From contig CAWKKR010000007.1 in NCBI GenBank assembly GCA_963850305.1, positions 864,001-928,000 on the forward strand: a stretch of DNA of 64,000 bases, written 5' to 3'. The notes beneath the pieces are model-generated. The model was not told the origin of the DNA, searched no databases, and was given only the letters and a program-made list of their open reading frames with translations. How positions within the stretch are numbered: position 1 is the first letter of the stretch; each line of letters begins with the position of its first letter. Of the stretch, positions 48,860 through 62,198 are shown one piece after another. The stretch comes from an uncultured delta proteobacterium (lineage in GTDB: Bacteria; Myxococcota_A; Polyangia; Polyangiales; Polyangiaceae). The position numbers and the translations under genes were made by a program.

Positions 48860-50164
48860 TCAGCACGGGCTCCCGGTACAGGCACGCCCGGCGACTACCG
48901 GCTTACCGTCCGTACCGACCGCGATGCTCTGCACCACGGCGTTCTTTCCCGAGATACCGGTGAGAGCTCTCCCTCCGCTGTAGGCGGTGTCCACCGCGAA
49001 TGTGCCGCCTAGGACCCTCACGCTCGCGAACTCCTCGAACGAGCCGACGTGAGCGTTGCCGCCGATGTAGAAGTTGACGCCGGTCGTCGCGACGTGCCAT
49101 GACGGAATGAAATTCGCGACGACCGATGTCCCCGACAACGCGTCGAACATCACCTGGTCCGAAACCCCATCCGCGAGTCGAGCGACGAGCACATTCGCCC
49201 CCGAGCCGAAGTCCGACAGATTGTCAGGTCGACCGACGACGATCATGCGGTTTGAGGAATCGTATGCGACTCCGGTCGCGCGCTGGTTTCCGACCACCGT
49301 TATGTTGATCAGTTTGATGCCTCCGGTCCCAAACGAGGTGTCTAGAGCACCCGCGGACGTATAGCGAGCAACCCCCATGACTTGTTTGCCCATCATGGAG
49401 CTAATGGGCGGGGTCTCTCCCACGACCGCGATGCGCCCGTTCGAGTCGCAGGCGAGATCATACGCCACGCTGCCGTTGCCGCTGCTGAACGTGCCGGCGA
49501 AATCCCCTTCCACGACGGATCCAATGCGGCTCCCGTTGCTATTCAGTCGGGCAACATAGAATCCCGGTTCTCCGTCGCCTAGATCCGCGTCGTTCGCCAG
49601 GACGGCGTACGTGCCGTCGGCCCGTCGTTTGAGCGAATAACCGGCAGCGCCGGACGCTCCGCTGAAGGGTTCGCTCGGGACAGGGAAGGTGCTGTCCACG
49701 GCGCCGGTCCCCGTGAAGCGAACCATGAACGTCGTGAAAGAGCCGTCGGGGTCGTCGATCGAATTGCCGAGTACGGCAATCGCATTCTCGGACGACCCGG
49801 CGGGCGTCAGTGCGATCGAGACTGCCTCTTCATACTGTGCGGAGGAATCGAATTGATACGAGGTGATGCCACCGAAGCCAAAGGATGTGTCCACAGAACC
49901 ATTGGTGTTAAGTCGTCCCACTAGCAAGTGCGATTTGTTGCTGGAATCGTAAACGAAGCCTGCCTCGACGATCTTCCCGTTCGAAGCGACTGCGACCGCC
50001 GTGGCTTGGTCAAACGGGCCACCGCCAAGGGGAGCTTGAAAGTCCACCGTGCCCGTGGTCGTGTATCGGATCGTCTCCGTGTACGCATGAGCTTGGCGTT
50101 CCCCCGCCGTGACCACCAATGACGCGCAGCCCATCCCCAGTACCCAGTGCGCAATTCTCATCAT
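48860..50164 (-). CDS. Secreted delta-60 repeat protein
   Basis: Signal peptide ending AHA; repeated RLN..GSVDTSFG, RYTSAGALDTSFG, GKIV.AG, DGKPVVAG. Confidence 0.8.
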   Translation of the reverse strand: MMRIAHWVLGMGCASLVVTAGERQAHAYTETIRYTTTGTVDFQAPLGGGPFDQATAVAVASNGKIVEAGFVYDSSNKSHLLVGRLNTNGSVDTSFGFGGITSYQFDSSAQYEEAVSIALTPAGSSENAIAVLGNSIDDPDGSFTTFMVRFTGTGAVDSTFPVPSEPFSGASGAAGYSLKRRADGTYAVLANDADLGDGEPGFYVARLNSNGSRIGSVVEGDFAGTFSSGNGSVAYDLACDSNGRIAVVGETPPISSMMGKQVMGVARYTSAGALDTSFGTGGIKLINITVVGNQRATGVAYDSSNRMIVVGRPDNLSDFGSGANVLVARLADGVSDQVMFDALSGTSVVANFIPSWHVATTGVNFYIGGNAHVGSFEEFASVRVLGGTFAVDTAYSGGRALTGISGKNAVVQSIAVGTDGKPVVAGRACTGSPC

Positions 50165-50624
50165 GTTGTTTCCCCTTTATCCCTTTTTCAATTGTGCGCC
50201 CACCGCGACGCACTTCCCGACCTAGCCTAGTCTAGTAAGCCGGCCGATGCAATCAGTCAACGTCTATCGTGACGTCGCGCGCGGCGGCCAGATGCCACGA
50301 TGGCGGGCGTGACGGAAGCGTCGTCGCAGCGTCGCCACTGCGGTAAGCAAGCGTTCGGGCGCGTTTAGCGGTCTTCTCGCGCCCGGGGCTGGCACAAGCT
50401 CCGTATTCTTGGAGCAGAAGAGCGATGGAACGATCAATAACCCGACGCCGTCACGGCGTGGCTCAAACATACGTCAACGGAGCTGCGCGACCTGAAAGCT
50501 TGATCGCCATCACGAAAGGTCGCTCAAAGGTCCCCCACTCAACCCGCCGGCCCTCCGCCGGCCCCCGCCGTCCGGCGCCGGCCCCGAGCCGTCAGGCCGG
50601 GAGTTTTCTTACATTCCGTGAGTG

Positions 50625-52352
50625 TCAGCCGGGCACGCCGCGCGCCTTGTTGTACTTCGCGTGGGCCCAGAACTCTTTGAGCGTCCGCGGACCTTGCGGC
50701 TCCTTGATTGTCCACCGGCGCGGGCCGATCTCTTCGTCGAGCTGCCGCTTCATCATGGCGAACGTGTTCGCGTCGGCTTTGCAGCGAGCCGCCGTCGGAT
50801 CGACCCGGTAGATCTTGGCCGCGTTCAACCCGAAGATCTTGTTCTTGATGGCCTGCGTGATCGGCGGGTAGCCGTACGTCTGCTGGTACTCGTCGGTGAT
50901 CGTGAAGGAGCGGAACATCTCGATCTGGCTCTGCGGGCTGCCCGACAAGATGCAGTCCGTGCCCCAGACGATGTTGTCTTCGCCAAGGTACTTCAGGAGC
51001 TTGCCGATGTAGTGCTGCGCTTGGTTGGTGTCGCCCATCACCTGGCTCCATGCGCTGCCCATCTCGGCGAACACGTTCAGGCGAACGCCTGACTTCTTCG
51101 TGCCGGGGCTGTCCGGATCGTCGATTACACCCTTCTCGATGAGATCGCGGATCAGCATATTGACGCCCGTGACTGGGCCCGTCGGCGCGTAAGGCACGTC
51201 CTCTGTCTTGGTCGGCGCCAGGGCAGAGATGGCGGTGCCGCCGGTTCCTGCATTGATCGCGGAGTGGTAGATGACGAAGTTCGCTTCTTGATAATCGAGA
51301 GCGACGGTGCCGACGTCCGTGGGCTCGTTGTGCGTGACGTCGAAGCCCGGGATCGGAAGGCCCTTGTGGACGGCGAAGTTCGGCACTCCGAGCTTCAGCC
51401 CCGCCTCGATGAACCTCCGGCCCACCGGATCCGTCAGATAGTACCCAGCGGCCTGACCGCTCGCGTTCGGGTACGTGTCAGAGGTCCACGCCGGGTACGC
51501 CTTCCAGGAGCCGCAGCGCCATGCCGGATCCGCCATCGCGGCCTGCATGCCCTCGATCTGGAGCTCGATGAAATCGTTCGGCATGACCTGCACCTGATTG
51601 AGCACGCGCTGGGACATGTCCTTCTGGTTGATCCAATCGCGTAGATCCCGCATGCCCTCGTTCGACAGCGGCAAGCCACACCCGGCGGGTGCCTGACCGA
51701 GCAGGGAGCGCTCGGGAGAAAAGCACATTGCGGCGGGCCACGACGTGATCACCGACACCGTCGTGTCGCTGTCCACGAACATCAGCTCCGCGTAGTGAGT
51801 CTGGTCGAAGCAATCGAGCTTGTCGGCTTCCGTGCAGCTGGTCTGCCCGCCGGCGATCAGATTGAGGAAGATGGGGTAAGCGACGTTCTGCGTGCGCCAG
51901 GGGCCGTTGTCGAAGGAGTGCGTCTGTACGTCCATGATGAACTCTTTGCCGGCAGTTCCGTCCGTCTGGATGTACGCGCTCGGATCGCAGGTCGCCTCCG
52001 GCGGCACCAGGTACGGCCCTTCGATGCCGTACTTCTGCTGGCCGGTCGAGGAACCCGCGTCCGCGCCGCTCGAGCCCGAGTTGCTGCTCGAACAGCCGAA
52101 CTGGTTGATCGCGGCCATCGTCATGGCCATGCCCATCGAGCTCGCGAGAAACTCGCGGCGATCCATCCCGAGGTAACGAGACTGGTCGTCGGCGCGACGC
52201 AGAATTTCCTTGCGCAGCTTGGCCTGATGCTTCGTCTGCGTGTGGAAATATTCGCCGTTCGAGATGTTGTTGAACCAGACCGGCGGCTCGAGCGGGTACT
52301 CGGGATCGGTCTTCTTCCGCAGCTTCAGCCAGGGGAACTTCGTCTTTGCCAT
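50625..52352 (-). CDS. Amidohydrolase-superfamily protein with internal twin-arginine motif
   Basis: DVQTH, WKAYP, VHKGLP, IYHS, WGTD, KIFGLNAA; MDRREFLASS at about residue 65. Confidence 0.82.
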   Translation of the reverse strand: MAKTKFPWLKLRKKTDPEYPLEPPVWFNNISNGEYFHTQTKHQAKLRKEILRRADDQSRYLGMDRREFLASSMGMAMTMAAINQFGCSSSNSGSSGADAGSSTGQQKYGIEGPYLVPPEATCDPSAYIQTDGTAGKEFIMDVQTHSFDNGPWRTQNVAYPIFLNLIAGGQTSCTEADKLDCFDQTHYAELMFVDSDTTVSVITSWPAAMCFSPERSLLGQAPAGCGLPLSNEGMRDLRDWINQKDMSQRVLNQVQVMPNDFIELQIEGMQAAMADPAWRCGSWKAYPAWTSDTYPNASGQAAGYYLTDPVGRRFIEAGLKLGVPNFAVHKGLPIPGFDVTHNEPTDVGTVALDYQEANFVIYHSAINAGTGGTAISALAPTKTEDVPYAPTGPVTGVNMLIRDLIEKGVIDDPDSPGTKKSGVRLNVFAEMGSAWSQVMGDTNQAQHYIGKLLKYLGEDNIVWGTDCILSGSPQSQIEMFRSFTITDEYQQTYGYPPITQAIKNKIFGLNAAKIYRVDPTAARCKADANTFAMMKRQLDEEIGPRRWTIKEPQGPRTLKEFWAHAKYNKARGVPG

Positions 52353-52368
52353 CGTCCGGCTCCTCGTC

Positions 52369-52947
52369 TTATGGGGTTGGGCAGTTGGCGCCGGTGGCGC
52401 ACGTGTTGAGACTGTTGACCAGGTAGGTGGAGAGCCCTGTGTTGCCCCACTTGTCGAAGATCGGGGTGCACCCCGCTGGGTGGGCGGGCGTCGTCGTCGG
52501 CGTGAGGTAACAGGTGTACGGATCGCTGCAACCGACGTCTTGCGTGCACTGTCGCATCTCGCGACAGCCCTGGAGCGCGTCGCACTGGTGGACGAGCTGG
52601 AGACAATTGTCGCACTCGCAGTCGCGCACGTTCGCAGGTGCAGCAGTGTGGAGCCCACCGGCGTCCGGGATGTCGAACGCCTTGCAAGCGGCGGTCAAAG
52701 CCGGCACGCCCGCGTCTTCCGCTATGCCCCACGGCTCCGCGACCGTGTCGTAAGCGAACGACGCGGGAACCGGCCCTGCGTCATAATCCTGCACTGTGTA
52801 TTGCTCGGAGCTCCCGCCGTCAGAAGCGCCAGTGGTCGGCTTCTTGTTGTCGGTGATGTCCTTGGAGCAGGCCGTCACGCCGAACAGCGCAGCGGCAGTT
52901 GCAATCACGACGAGTTTCGTCGCCGTCTCAAGAGGTCGCCTAGACAT
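52369..52947 (-). CDS. Cys-rich lipoprotein
   Basis: LFGVTAC lipobox; CECDNC, C..LQGC...QC...GC....C; 16 bp upstream of the amidohydrolase gene. Confidence 0.72.
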   Translation of the reverse strand: MSRRPLETATKLVVIATAAALFGVTACSKDITDNKKPTTGASDGGSSEQYTVQDYDAGPVPASFAYDTVAEPWGIAEDAGVPALTAACKAFDIPDAGGLHTAAPANVRDCECDNCLQLVHQCDALQGCREMRQCTQDVGCSDPYTCYLTPTTTPAHPAGCTPIFDKWGNTGLSTYLVNSLNTCATGANCPTP

Positions 52948-53010
52948 TGGGATTACTCGATAACACGAAACTCGGCCCTGTGACAACCGTTCGGTACAGA
53001 TGCGGCCATC

Positions 53011-53055
53011 CGGTTAAATTTGGATAAATATTCATCGATATCAGTATTTTATCTG
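53011..53055. promoter_or_regulatory. AT-rich divergent promoter region with imperfect inverted repeat
   Basis: GATAAATA (53023-30) ... TATTTTATC (53045-53) in a GC-rich background. Confidence 0.4.
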
Positions 53056-53219
53056 ACATGTCAGCTCCCGACCCAGGCTCACCGCGACGAGCGGAATGCC
53101 GCTCATCCTGCGCGCCAGCCTATCAAAGAATGAAAGACTGCACAGCCCCGATTGCCATGCCACGAGAATACCGGAGGGCCTCGCCGACCGGATCGGCCAC
53201 GACGGGCCACTTGGAGCAG

Positions 53220-53864
53220 ATGCGTGAGCGAGCGCGTCAGCGCACTGCCGGCCTTGCGCTGGTGAGCGCATTGCTCGCGGGCGGCTGTACCGGGAGCGCG
53301 CACGCAAGTGCGGACGAGAGACCCAAGTCCTACGGACGGGATGCTTCGTTAGATGCGCGACCGCCCCCCGTGAGCCCGCCGACCACGGGTCCGCCGACGT
53401 ACGCTCCGACGTTCGCGGCGGTGTACGGAGAGATTCTACTCCCGACGTGCGGCCTCCTTTTTTGCCACGGGTCGGGCGGATTCTTCGAGCTCGACACGAG
53501 AGCGAATGCCTACGCGACGTTGGTCGGTGTGCCGGCGTCGAGCTTCGACTGCGCGCCGACTCATCTTCTTCGAATCGATCCCGGCCATCCGGAGAGTAGC
53601 CTCGTGTATCTGAAGGTGACGACACCGCCCTGCGGGGCGCGGATGCCCCTCACGTTCGGCGGCAGCGGACAGCTGAACCGTCGACAGCTAGCGCAGCTGA
53701 AGCAATGGATCGAGCGCGGCGCGCCCGACGATTCCATCTGGGACAGCGGTGAGGCTCCGCTGGAAGACGCGGGTGCGGACGCGAGGCCGGTCGCCGATGC
53801 CAGCGGCGACCAGGACGCCCGAGTCGAAGCGAGCGACGGAGGCGACGACGCCAGCGGGGACTGA
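53220..53864 (+). CDS. Lipoprotein with cytochrome c-like domain (CxxxxCH)
   Basis: LLAGGC lipobox; PTF..VY.EIL..TCGLLFCH, PGHPESSL, RMP, WIERGA. Confidence 0.7.
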   Translation: MRERARQRTAGLALVSALLAGGCTGSAHASADERPKSYGRDASLDARPPPVSPPTTGPPTYAPTFAAVYGEILLPTCGLLFCHGSGGFFELDTRANAYATLVGVPASSFDCAPTHLLRIDPGHPESSLVYLKVTTPPCGARMPLTFGGSGQLNRRQLAQLKQWIERGAPDDSIWDSGEAPLEDAGADARPVADASGDQDARVEASDGGDDASGD

Positions 53865-53928
53865 CGGAGGCGCGCGTAACTTCGTTTTCCTTGTACTCGA
53901 CGCCTTCACCCGAGGTACGAAACCCGTC

Positions 53929-55415
53929 GTGTCGAAGGCGACGTCGGTTTTCGCGCTGATGGTGGGGCTCTTGGTCGTCGGGATCCCGCGGCCGGCCAGC
54001 GCCGCGGACGAGCTCGCGCCGGACGTGGCCACGGCGTTCGATCTGTCGACGTTTGCGACGGGGCTCGTGCTGCCGACGGCGATCGAGTTCTTGCCGGACG
54101 GGCGGCTCGTCATCACCGAAAAGCTGGGGCAAGTGCTCGTGCATCTGCCGAACGGGACGATGGTCGAAGCGGGGAAGTTCGACGTGGATTCCCACACGGA
54201 AAAGGGACTCCTCAACGTCATCCGGCACCCCGACTTCGTTCATAACCATCAGCTTATCTTCTTCTATTCGTCGGCGAGCGCGCCGGAGACGGACAAGCAG
54301 AAGATCTCCATCGTTCGACTGGGGGACGACAATCACCTGGATTTTTCGACCGAGCGGGTGCTCGTCAAGGACCTTCGAGGGCCGGACGATCACGAGATGG
54401 GCGGCGGTCTTGCGATCGACAAGGAAGGGAACCTCCTGATCGGCGTCGGCGACACGGGGTGCCGGGCTCACAAGCATCCCGAACCGCCCTATGCCCCGAC
54501 GAATTACTTCGCGACGTGCCTCACGAACGGCAACGGGAAGATCCTGCGCGTCGGACTCGACGGCTCGATTCCGGCCGATAACCCGCTGGTGAACGTCCCG
54601 CTCGCGACGACGTGCGGCGAAAGGTGCGGTGACGATCCTTTCTCGATCGCGCCCAGCACGCCGCGAAAGGACATCTGGGTGTGGGGGCTCAGAAACCCCT
54701 GGCGGATCTGGGTCGATCCGAAGACGGGATACGCGTGGACCGCCGACGTCGGTGACATCACGAACGAAGAGATCGACGTCATTCCCCCCGAAGGCGGCCG
54801 GGACTACGGCTGGCCCTGGCGCGAGGGCAGTGCGGGCCATGCGCTGACGCGCAGTGCAAGAAGACGCTCCCGGATCGCGGGAACTGCGCGGAACCCGCAT
54901 ACTTCTGCCGGCACGACGACGCTCCGGGGGACGCCGACGCGGGCTGCAAGTCGATCAACGGCGGGCTCATCGTCGATGATTGCCGCTGGCCCGATGGGTA
55001 CCGCGGGCGGTATTTTTTTGCCGACAATGCGAATGGTCGGATCTGGTCGCTCGCGCCGACGCCGGATCGCAGGTCCATCGTCAAGGGGAGCCGCAAGGAC
55101 GTCGGGCACGCGGACGGCTTCGTCGTCGACATGGACACGGGTCCGGACGGGGCGCTGTATCTCGCCGTGATGCGCATCCCGCCCGACGCGAGCAAGGTGC
55201 TGCGCATCGCACCGAAGGTGCCCCGGCGATGCGGCGAAGCTGCCGCGTCGCAGGCTGCAATCACCGCCGGGTCCGGCGCGCTCGCTCCCGTCGTCGCGGG
55301 GACGCCGCCGGTCTCGCAGGCGCGTCGCTCGCGACGCCGGCTCGTCTTCGGCGCGATCGCCGCGCTCGCTCTCCTCGTCGCCGCCGGGATCGCCCTGAGC
55401 TCCCGGTCGTCGTAG
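53929..55415 (+). CDS. PQQ-dependent glucose/sorbosone dehydrogenase-family beta-propeller, frameshifted near 54850, with C-terminal TM
   Basis: FLPDGRL, EKGLL...HPDF, GKILR...DGSIPADNP, GLRNPWR, DYGWP; continues in the 55131 frame (YRGRYFFAD, GPDGALY). Confidence 0.82.
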
Positions 55416-56402
55416 TCACGCCAGGGGCACGCGCTCGCGGATATAGTCGCCGATCTCGTCGATGGCGGCCGAACCCTGGGGCACCATGAAGGCGAAGAGC
55501 TGCCACACGTGAATCATGTCTTCCCAGATCCGGAAGGTGACGTCGACGCCGGCTTGCCGGGCACGTTCGGCGATCCGTCGCGAATCGTCGAGCAAGGTTT
55601 CCGCGGACCCGACCTGGATGAGGAGCGGCGGCAAGCGCTCGAGGTTCGCGTAGAGCGGCGCCGCGAGCGGGTTGCGGACGTCCTCGTCCTTCACGAACCG
55701 CTTTCGATATTGGTGCAGCGCGCGACGGCAGATGTAGTCGTACCTGTCGTTTTCGTCGATGGTGGCGCCGAGGCCCTCGAGGTCGACCCAGGGCGACATG
55801 CAGACCCCCGCGGCGGGAAGCGGAACGCCCGAGTCGCGGAGCTTGACCAGCGTCGAGAGCACGAGCCCGCCTCCCGCGGAATCGCCGGCGATCACGATGC
55901 GTCGCGGGTTGATTTCTTGCCCGAGCATCCAGGCGAAAGCGTTCGTCGCGTCCTCGAGCTGAGCGGGGAATTTGTGCTCCGGGGCCAGCCGGTAATCGAT
56001 GGCCAACGCGTTCGCTCGACTCGCACGGCAAACCCGCGCCAGGAGGTCGCGGTGCGTGTCGATCGAGCCGAGCCCGTAGCCACCCCCGTGGAGAAAGAGG
56101 ATGACCGCGCCGCGCTCTGCGTCTTCGCGACGGAACCACTCGCCGGGGATGCCCCCGACGGACACCTTCTCGAAGGTCGTTTCTTGGTAGATGGGCGAGC
56201 TCGGCAGTCCAAGAATGACGGACCGCGTCGAACGCCGCTGCGCCTCGAGCGGTAAGCGGATGATGCGCTGCGAGGTGTGGTGGAAGACCTCCGCGAGCGT
56301 CTCGAACGTCGGGTCCCACGTCGGCCTCAGCGGCCCGGACATCTTCCGGCGCAGGTTGACCGCGGCGCGAAATCCGCGGATCAAATTCCAGAACGGCGAC
56401 AC
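55416..56402 (-). CDS. Alpha/beta hydrolase (HSL-family esterase)
   Basis: LHGGGY, DYRLAPEH, GDSAGG, SPWVD, HVW. Confidence 0.92.
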   Translation of the reverse strand: MSPFWNLIRGFRAAVNLRRKMSGPLRPTWDPTFETLAEVFHHTSQRIIRLPLEAQRRSTRSVILGLPSSPIYQETTFEKVSVGGIPGEWFRREDAERGAVILFLHGGGYGLGSIDTHRDLLARVCRASRANALAIDYRLAPEHKFPAQLEDATNAFAWMLGQEINPRRIVIAGDSAGGGLVLSTLVKLRDSGVPLPAAGVCMSPWVDLEGLGATIDENDRYDYICRRALHQYRKRFVKDEDVRNPLAAPLYANLERLPPLLIQVGSAETLLDDSRRIAERARQAGVDVTFRIWEDMIHVWQLFAFMVPQGSAAIDEIGDYIRERVPLA

Positions 56403-56514
56403 GACAGCCTTCTACAGCGAAAACCGTGCCGGCAGGTCCGGGAAAGTGAGCCGCCAGATGGCCCGGGAACGCGGATCGCGTAAGATGCGGGCGCCATTCC
56501 GACCCGCGCGATCG

Positions 56515-57744
<1,230 letters not shown>

Positions 57745-58992
57745 ATGCAGATCGCGACGCCCGGGCGTCCTCACATTTCCTACTGCACGAACATCCATCC
57801 CGCCGAGTCGCTCGCGGAGACTCGAACCGCCGTGGAAGACCACGTGGCTCGGGTGAAGTTGCTGCTCGGCATGTCGGAGCCTTTCGGCGTCGGTCTGCGG
57901 CTCTCCGCGCGGGCGGCGACGGAGCTCGACGAGCCGGCCGCGCTCGCCGAGTTCCAGGCCCTCCTGGCTCACCATGGACTCTACGTGTTCACTGTGAACG
58001 GCTTTCCTTTTGGCGCCTTCCACGGCGAGCGCGTCAAGGAGGCCGTCTACAGGCCGGATTGGCTCGAGCCGGAGCGCGTCGCTTACACGGACCGGCTCGC
58101 GCGCCTCCTCGCGCGGCTCCTTCCGGAGGGGACGAACGGAAGTATCAGCACCGTGCCGGGTGCCTTTCGCGCGCGCGCCGCGGACGGCGCGGCGGCCGAG
58201 GCGATCACGCGCGGCATCCTCGCCCACGCGGCCGCTCTCCTTCGGATCCGGGAGCAAGAGGGCAAGCTCGTCGAGCTGGCCCTCGAGCCAGAGCCTTGCT
58301 GCTTTCTCGAGACCGTGGAGGACGTGGTTCGATTTTTCGAGCAACGTGTCTTCACGCGCGAGGCGCTCGGTCATTTCTCGGCTCTCACCGGCACGACCGG
58401 ATCGGTCGCCGAGGACTTTCTGCGACGACACGTCGGGGTTTGCGTGGACGCGTGTCATCTGGCCGTCGAGTTCGAAGACGCCCGAGCGGCCATCAGTCGC
58501 CTTCGCGGTGCGGGCATTCGCGTCGGCAAGATCCAGGTGACGTCCGCGCTTCGCGTCGAACTCTCCGGCAATGCCCTCCGCGACGAAGCGACGTTCGCCT
58601 CGCTCGCGCGGTTCGATGACGGCGTCTATCTGCATCAGGTCGTCGAGAGGTCGGAGACGGGGATCGTTCGTCACCTGGACTTGCCGGATGCGATGGCCGC
58701 GAGCCGAGCGCAGCGCTCGAGAGCGGAGTGGCGCGTGCACTTCCACGTCCCGGTGTTCGCCGAGACGCTCGGGGCGTTCGCGAGCACGCAGCCGTTCCTG
58801 CGCGATCTGCTCGACATCGTGAAGAAGGAACCGACGAGCGAGCATCTCGAGGTCGAGACGTACACGTGGGATGTGCTTCCCGAAGAGCACCGCGGTATCG
58901 ACGTGGACGTCGCGATCACGCGCGAACTCGCGTGGACCTTGCGGCAGCTGGGACAGCCGGCGACAGCGCCGCGCGTGGGCGAGGGATCGTGA
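57745..58992 (+). CDS. eboE: Metabolite traffic protein EboE (TIM barrel)
   Basis: HISYCTNIHP, NGFPFG.FH, VY.PDW, EPEPCC, WRVHFHVP, HLEVETYTW. Confidence 0.88.
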   Translation: MQIATPGRPHISYCTNIHPAESLAETRTAVEDHVARVKLLLGMSEPFGVGLRLSARAATELDEPAALAEFQALLAHHGLYVFTVNGFPFGAFHGERVKEAVYRPDWLEPERVAYTDRLARLLARLLPEGTNGSISTVPGAFRARAADGAAAEAITRGILAHAAALLRIREQEGKLVELALEPEPCCFLETVEDVVRFFEQRVFTREALGHFSALTGTTGSVAEDFLRRHVGVCVDACHLAVEFEDARAAISRLRGAGIRVGKIQVTSALRVELSGNALRDEATFASLARFDDGVYLHQVVERSETGIVRHLDLPDAMAASRAQRSRAEWRVHFHVPVFAETLGAFASTQPFLRDLLDIVKKEPTSEHLEVETYTWDVLPEEHRGIDVDVAITRELAWTLRQLGQPATAPRVGEGS

Positions 58993-59874
58993 CGGCACCC
59001 GCGGCGTCGCGGCCGCGCCTGTATCTCAAGCTCGGGCGCGTCTCGAACCTGCCGACCGTCGCGACGAACACGCTCGCCGGGGTCGTGCTCGGCGGGGGTT
59101 CCCGCGACCTTCCGACGGTGTCGACCCTGGCCGTCGCCCTGTCGCTCTTCTACGTCGGAGGGATGTTCCTCAACGACGCGTTCGACCGCGGCATCGATGC
59201 CCGCGAGCGGCCGGAACGCCCGATTCCATCGGGGCAGATCGCCGCGGGCGAGGTGTTCGGGGTCGGATTTGGTTTGCTCGGCGTGGGATGGGCGCTGCTC
59301 GTTCTCTGTGCGGCGCGACACGGGACCGCCGCGAGCTCCGCCGTTGCGGGCCTCGTCCTCGGCGCGCTCATCATACTCTACGACGCGTGGCACAAGCAAA
59401 ACCCGTTCTCTCCCGTCGTCATGGGCGCGTGTCGCGGCGCGGTCTACGTCGCGGCCGCGCTCGGGATCGGGTGGGGGACTTTCGAGCAATCCGGGACGCG
59501 GAGCGATCGTCGTCGCTGCTTATGTCATCGGGCTCACGTTCGTGGCGCGTCAGGAGAACCGACGGAGCTTTCGTGCCGGAGCTACCCTGGCGCTCATCGC
59601 GTCGCCCATCGCCGTCGCCGTCCTCGGTCCCTCCATGACGTGGGTCGCGTGGGTCGCCCTGGGCGGCTTCGTGGTCTGGGCCGCGACGGCGCTCGTGCCT
59701 CTCTTCGCGTCCGAGCGCCCGAACATTCCGCGCACGGTCGTTCGACTGATCGCCGGCGTGTCGCTCGTCGATGCGCTGCTCGCCGCAGCCTATGGCGCTC
59801 CCTGGGTCGCGCCGCTCGGGCTGGTCGGACTGCTGACGACGCTCGGGCTGCAGCGCTGGGTTCGCGGGACGTAG
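58989..59874 (+). CDS. eboC: UbiA-family prenyltransferase (EboC-like), frameshifted near 59470-59500
   Basis: GTGA overlap with eboE; GRVSNLPT, GGMFLNDAFD..IDARERPERPIPSG; remaining TM helices in the 59197 frame. Confidence 0.78.
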
Positions 59875-59881
59875 CGGTCCG

Positions 59882-61249
<1,368 letters not shown>

Positions 61250-61309
61250 CGCAGGACCGAGGTTCACATTTCGGGGCCGGGCCGAGAAGAGGCACGTACG
61301 CTTCGCTGC

Positions 61310-62065
61310 ATGAACGTGCATCTCGAACCCCAGGGTCCTGTCTCGGTGCTCACGCTCGATCGCCCCGAGCGCCGCAACGCCGTCGATCGAGCGACCGCGG
61401 CCGCGCTCCTCACGGCGTTTCGCGCCTTCGAGGCCGATGAGTCGGCTCGTGTTCTCGTCGTGGCAGGACGGCCCGAGACGTTCTGCGCGGGAGCGGACCT
61501 CAAGGCGATGGACAACGACGTCGACGCAGACGGAGGCCCGATGGGGTTCACGCGGCTCCAGGCGTCCAAGCCGACCATCGCCGCCATCGAAGGTTGGTGC
61601 GTCGCGGGCGGCCTCGAGATCGCCCTCTGGTGCGATCTCCGCATCGCCTCCCGCGCCGCGCGGTTCGGTTGTCTCGAGCGGCGCTGGGGCGTGCCGCTCA
61701 TCGACGGGGGCACGCAGCGTCTCGGGCGCGTGATCGGCGTCGGCCGCGCCCTCGACTGGATCCTCACCGGCCGCGTCGTCGAAGCCGAGGAAGCCGAACG
61801 AACGGGCTTCGTCACACGGCTCGTCGAGCCGGGCGAAGCCCGGGCCCAGGCGGTGGAACTCGGGAAAACCATTGCCGGCTTCCCCTGGTCCACGGTGCTC
61901 GCGGATCGCGGGTCACTCTACGAGGGTCTGGGGCGCCCGATCGAAGAGGGGCTACGCATCGAGGCCAAGCGGGGCATGGAGGCGCTCCGCGACGGCGCCG
62001 TCGGCGCGCAGCGCTTCGCGACGGGGGAGGGCCGCCATGGGCAGGGTCCGCGACGCGGCGCATGA
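61310..62065 (+). CDS. Enoyl-CoA hydratase/isomerase family protein
   Basis: RPERRNAVD, FCAGADL, KPTIAAIEG..VAGGLE, WGVPLIDGGT. Confidence 0.9.
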   Translation: MNVHLEPQGPVSVLTLDRPERRNAVDRATAAALLTAFRAFEADESARVLVVAGRPETFCAGADLKAMDNDVDADGGPMGFTRLQASKPTIAAIEGWCVAGGLEIALWCDLRIASRAARFGCLERRWGVPLIDGGTQRLGRVIGVGRALDWILTGRVVEAEEAERTGFVTRLVEPGEARAQAVELGKTIAGFPWSTVLADRGSLYEGLGRPIEEGLRIEAKRGMEALRDGAVGAQRFATGEGRHGQGPRRGA

Positions 62066-62198
62066 AATCCATCCCTGGCTGGCGGTCCCGATATTTGCAG
62101 CTAGAACTAATTTCCGTCGGGGAACGGCTGAAAAGCGGGGCCCAGAGGTTTAGGCTGTGACCCGACCGGAATCTCGCGCGTATGCCACTCAAGGAGAC

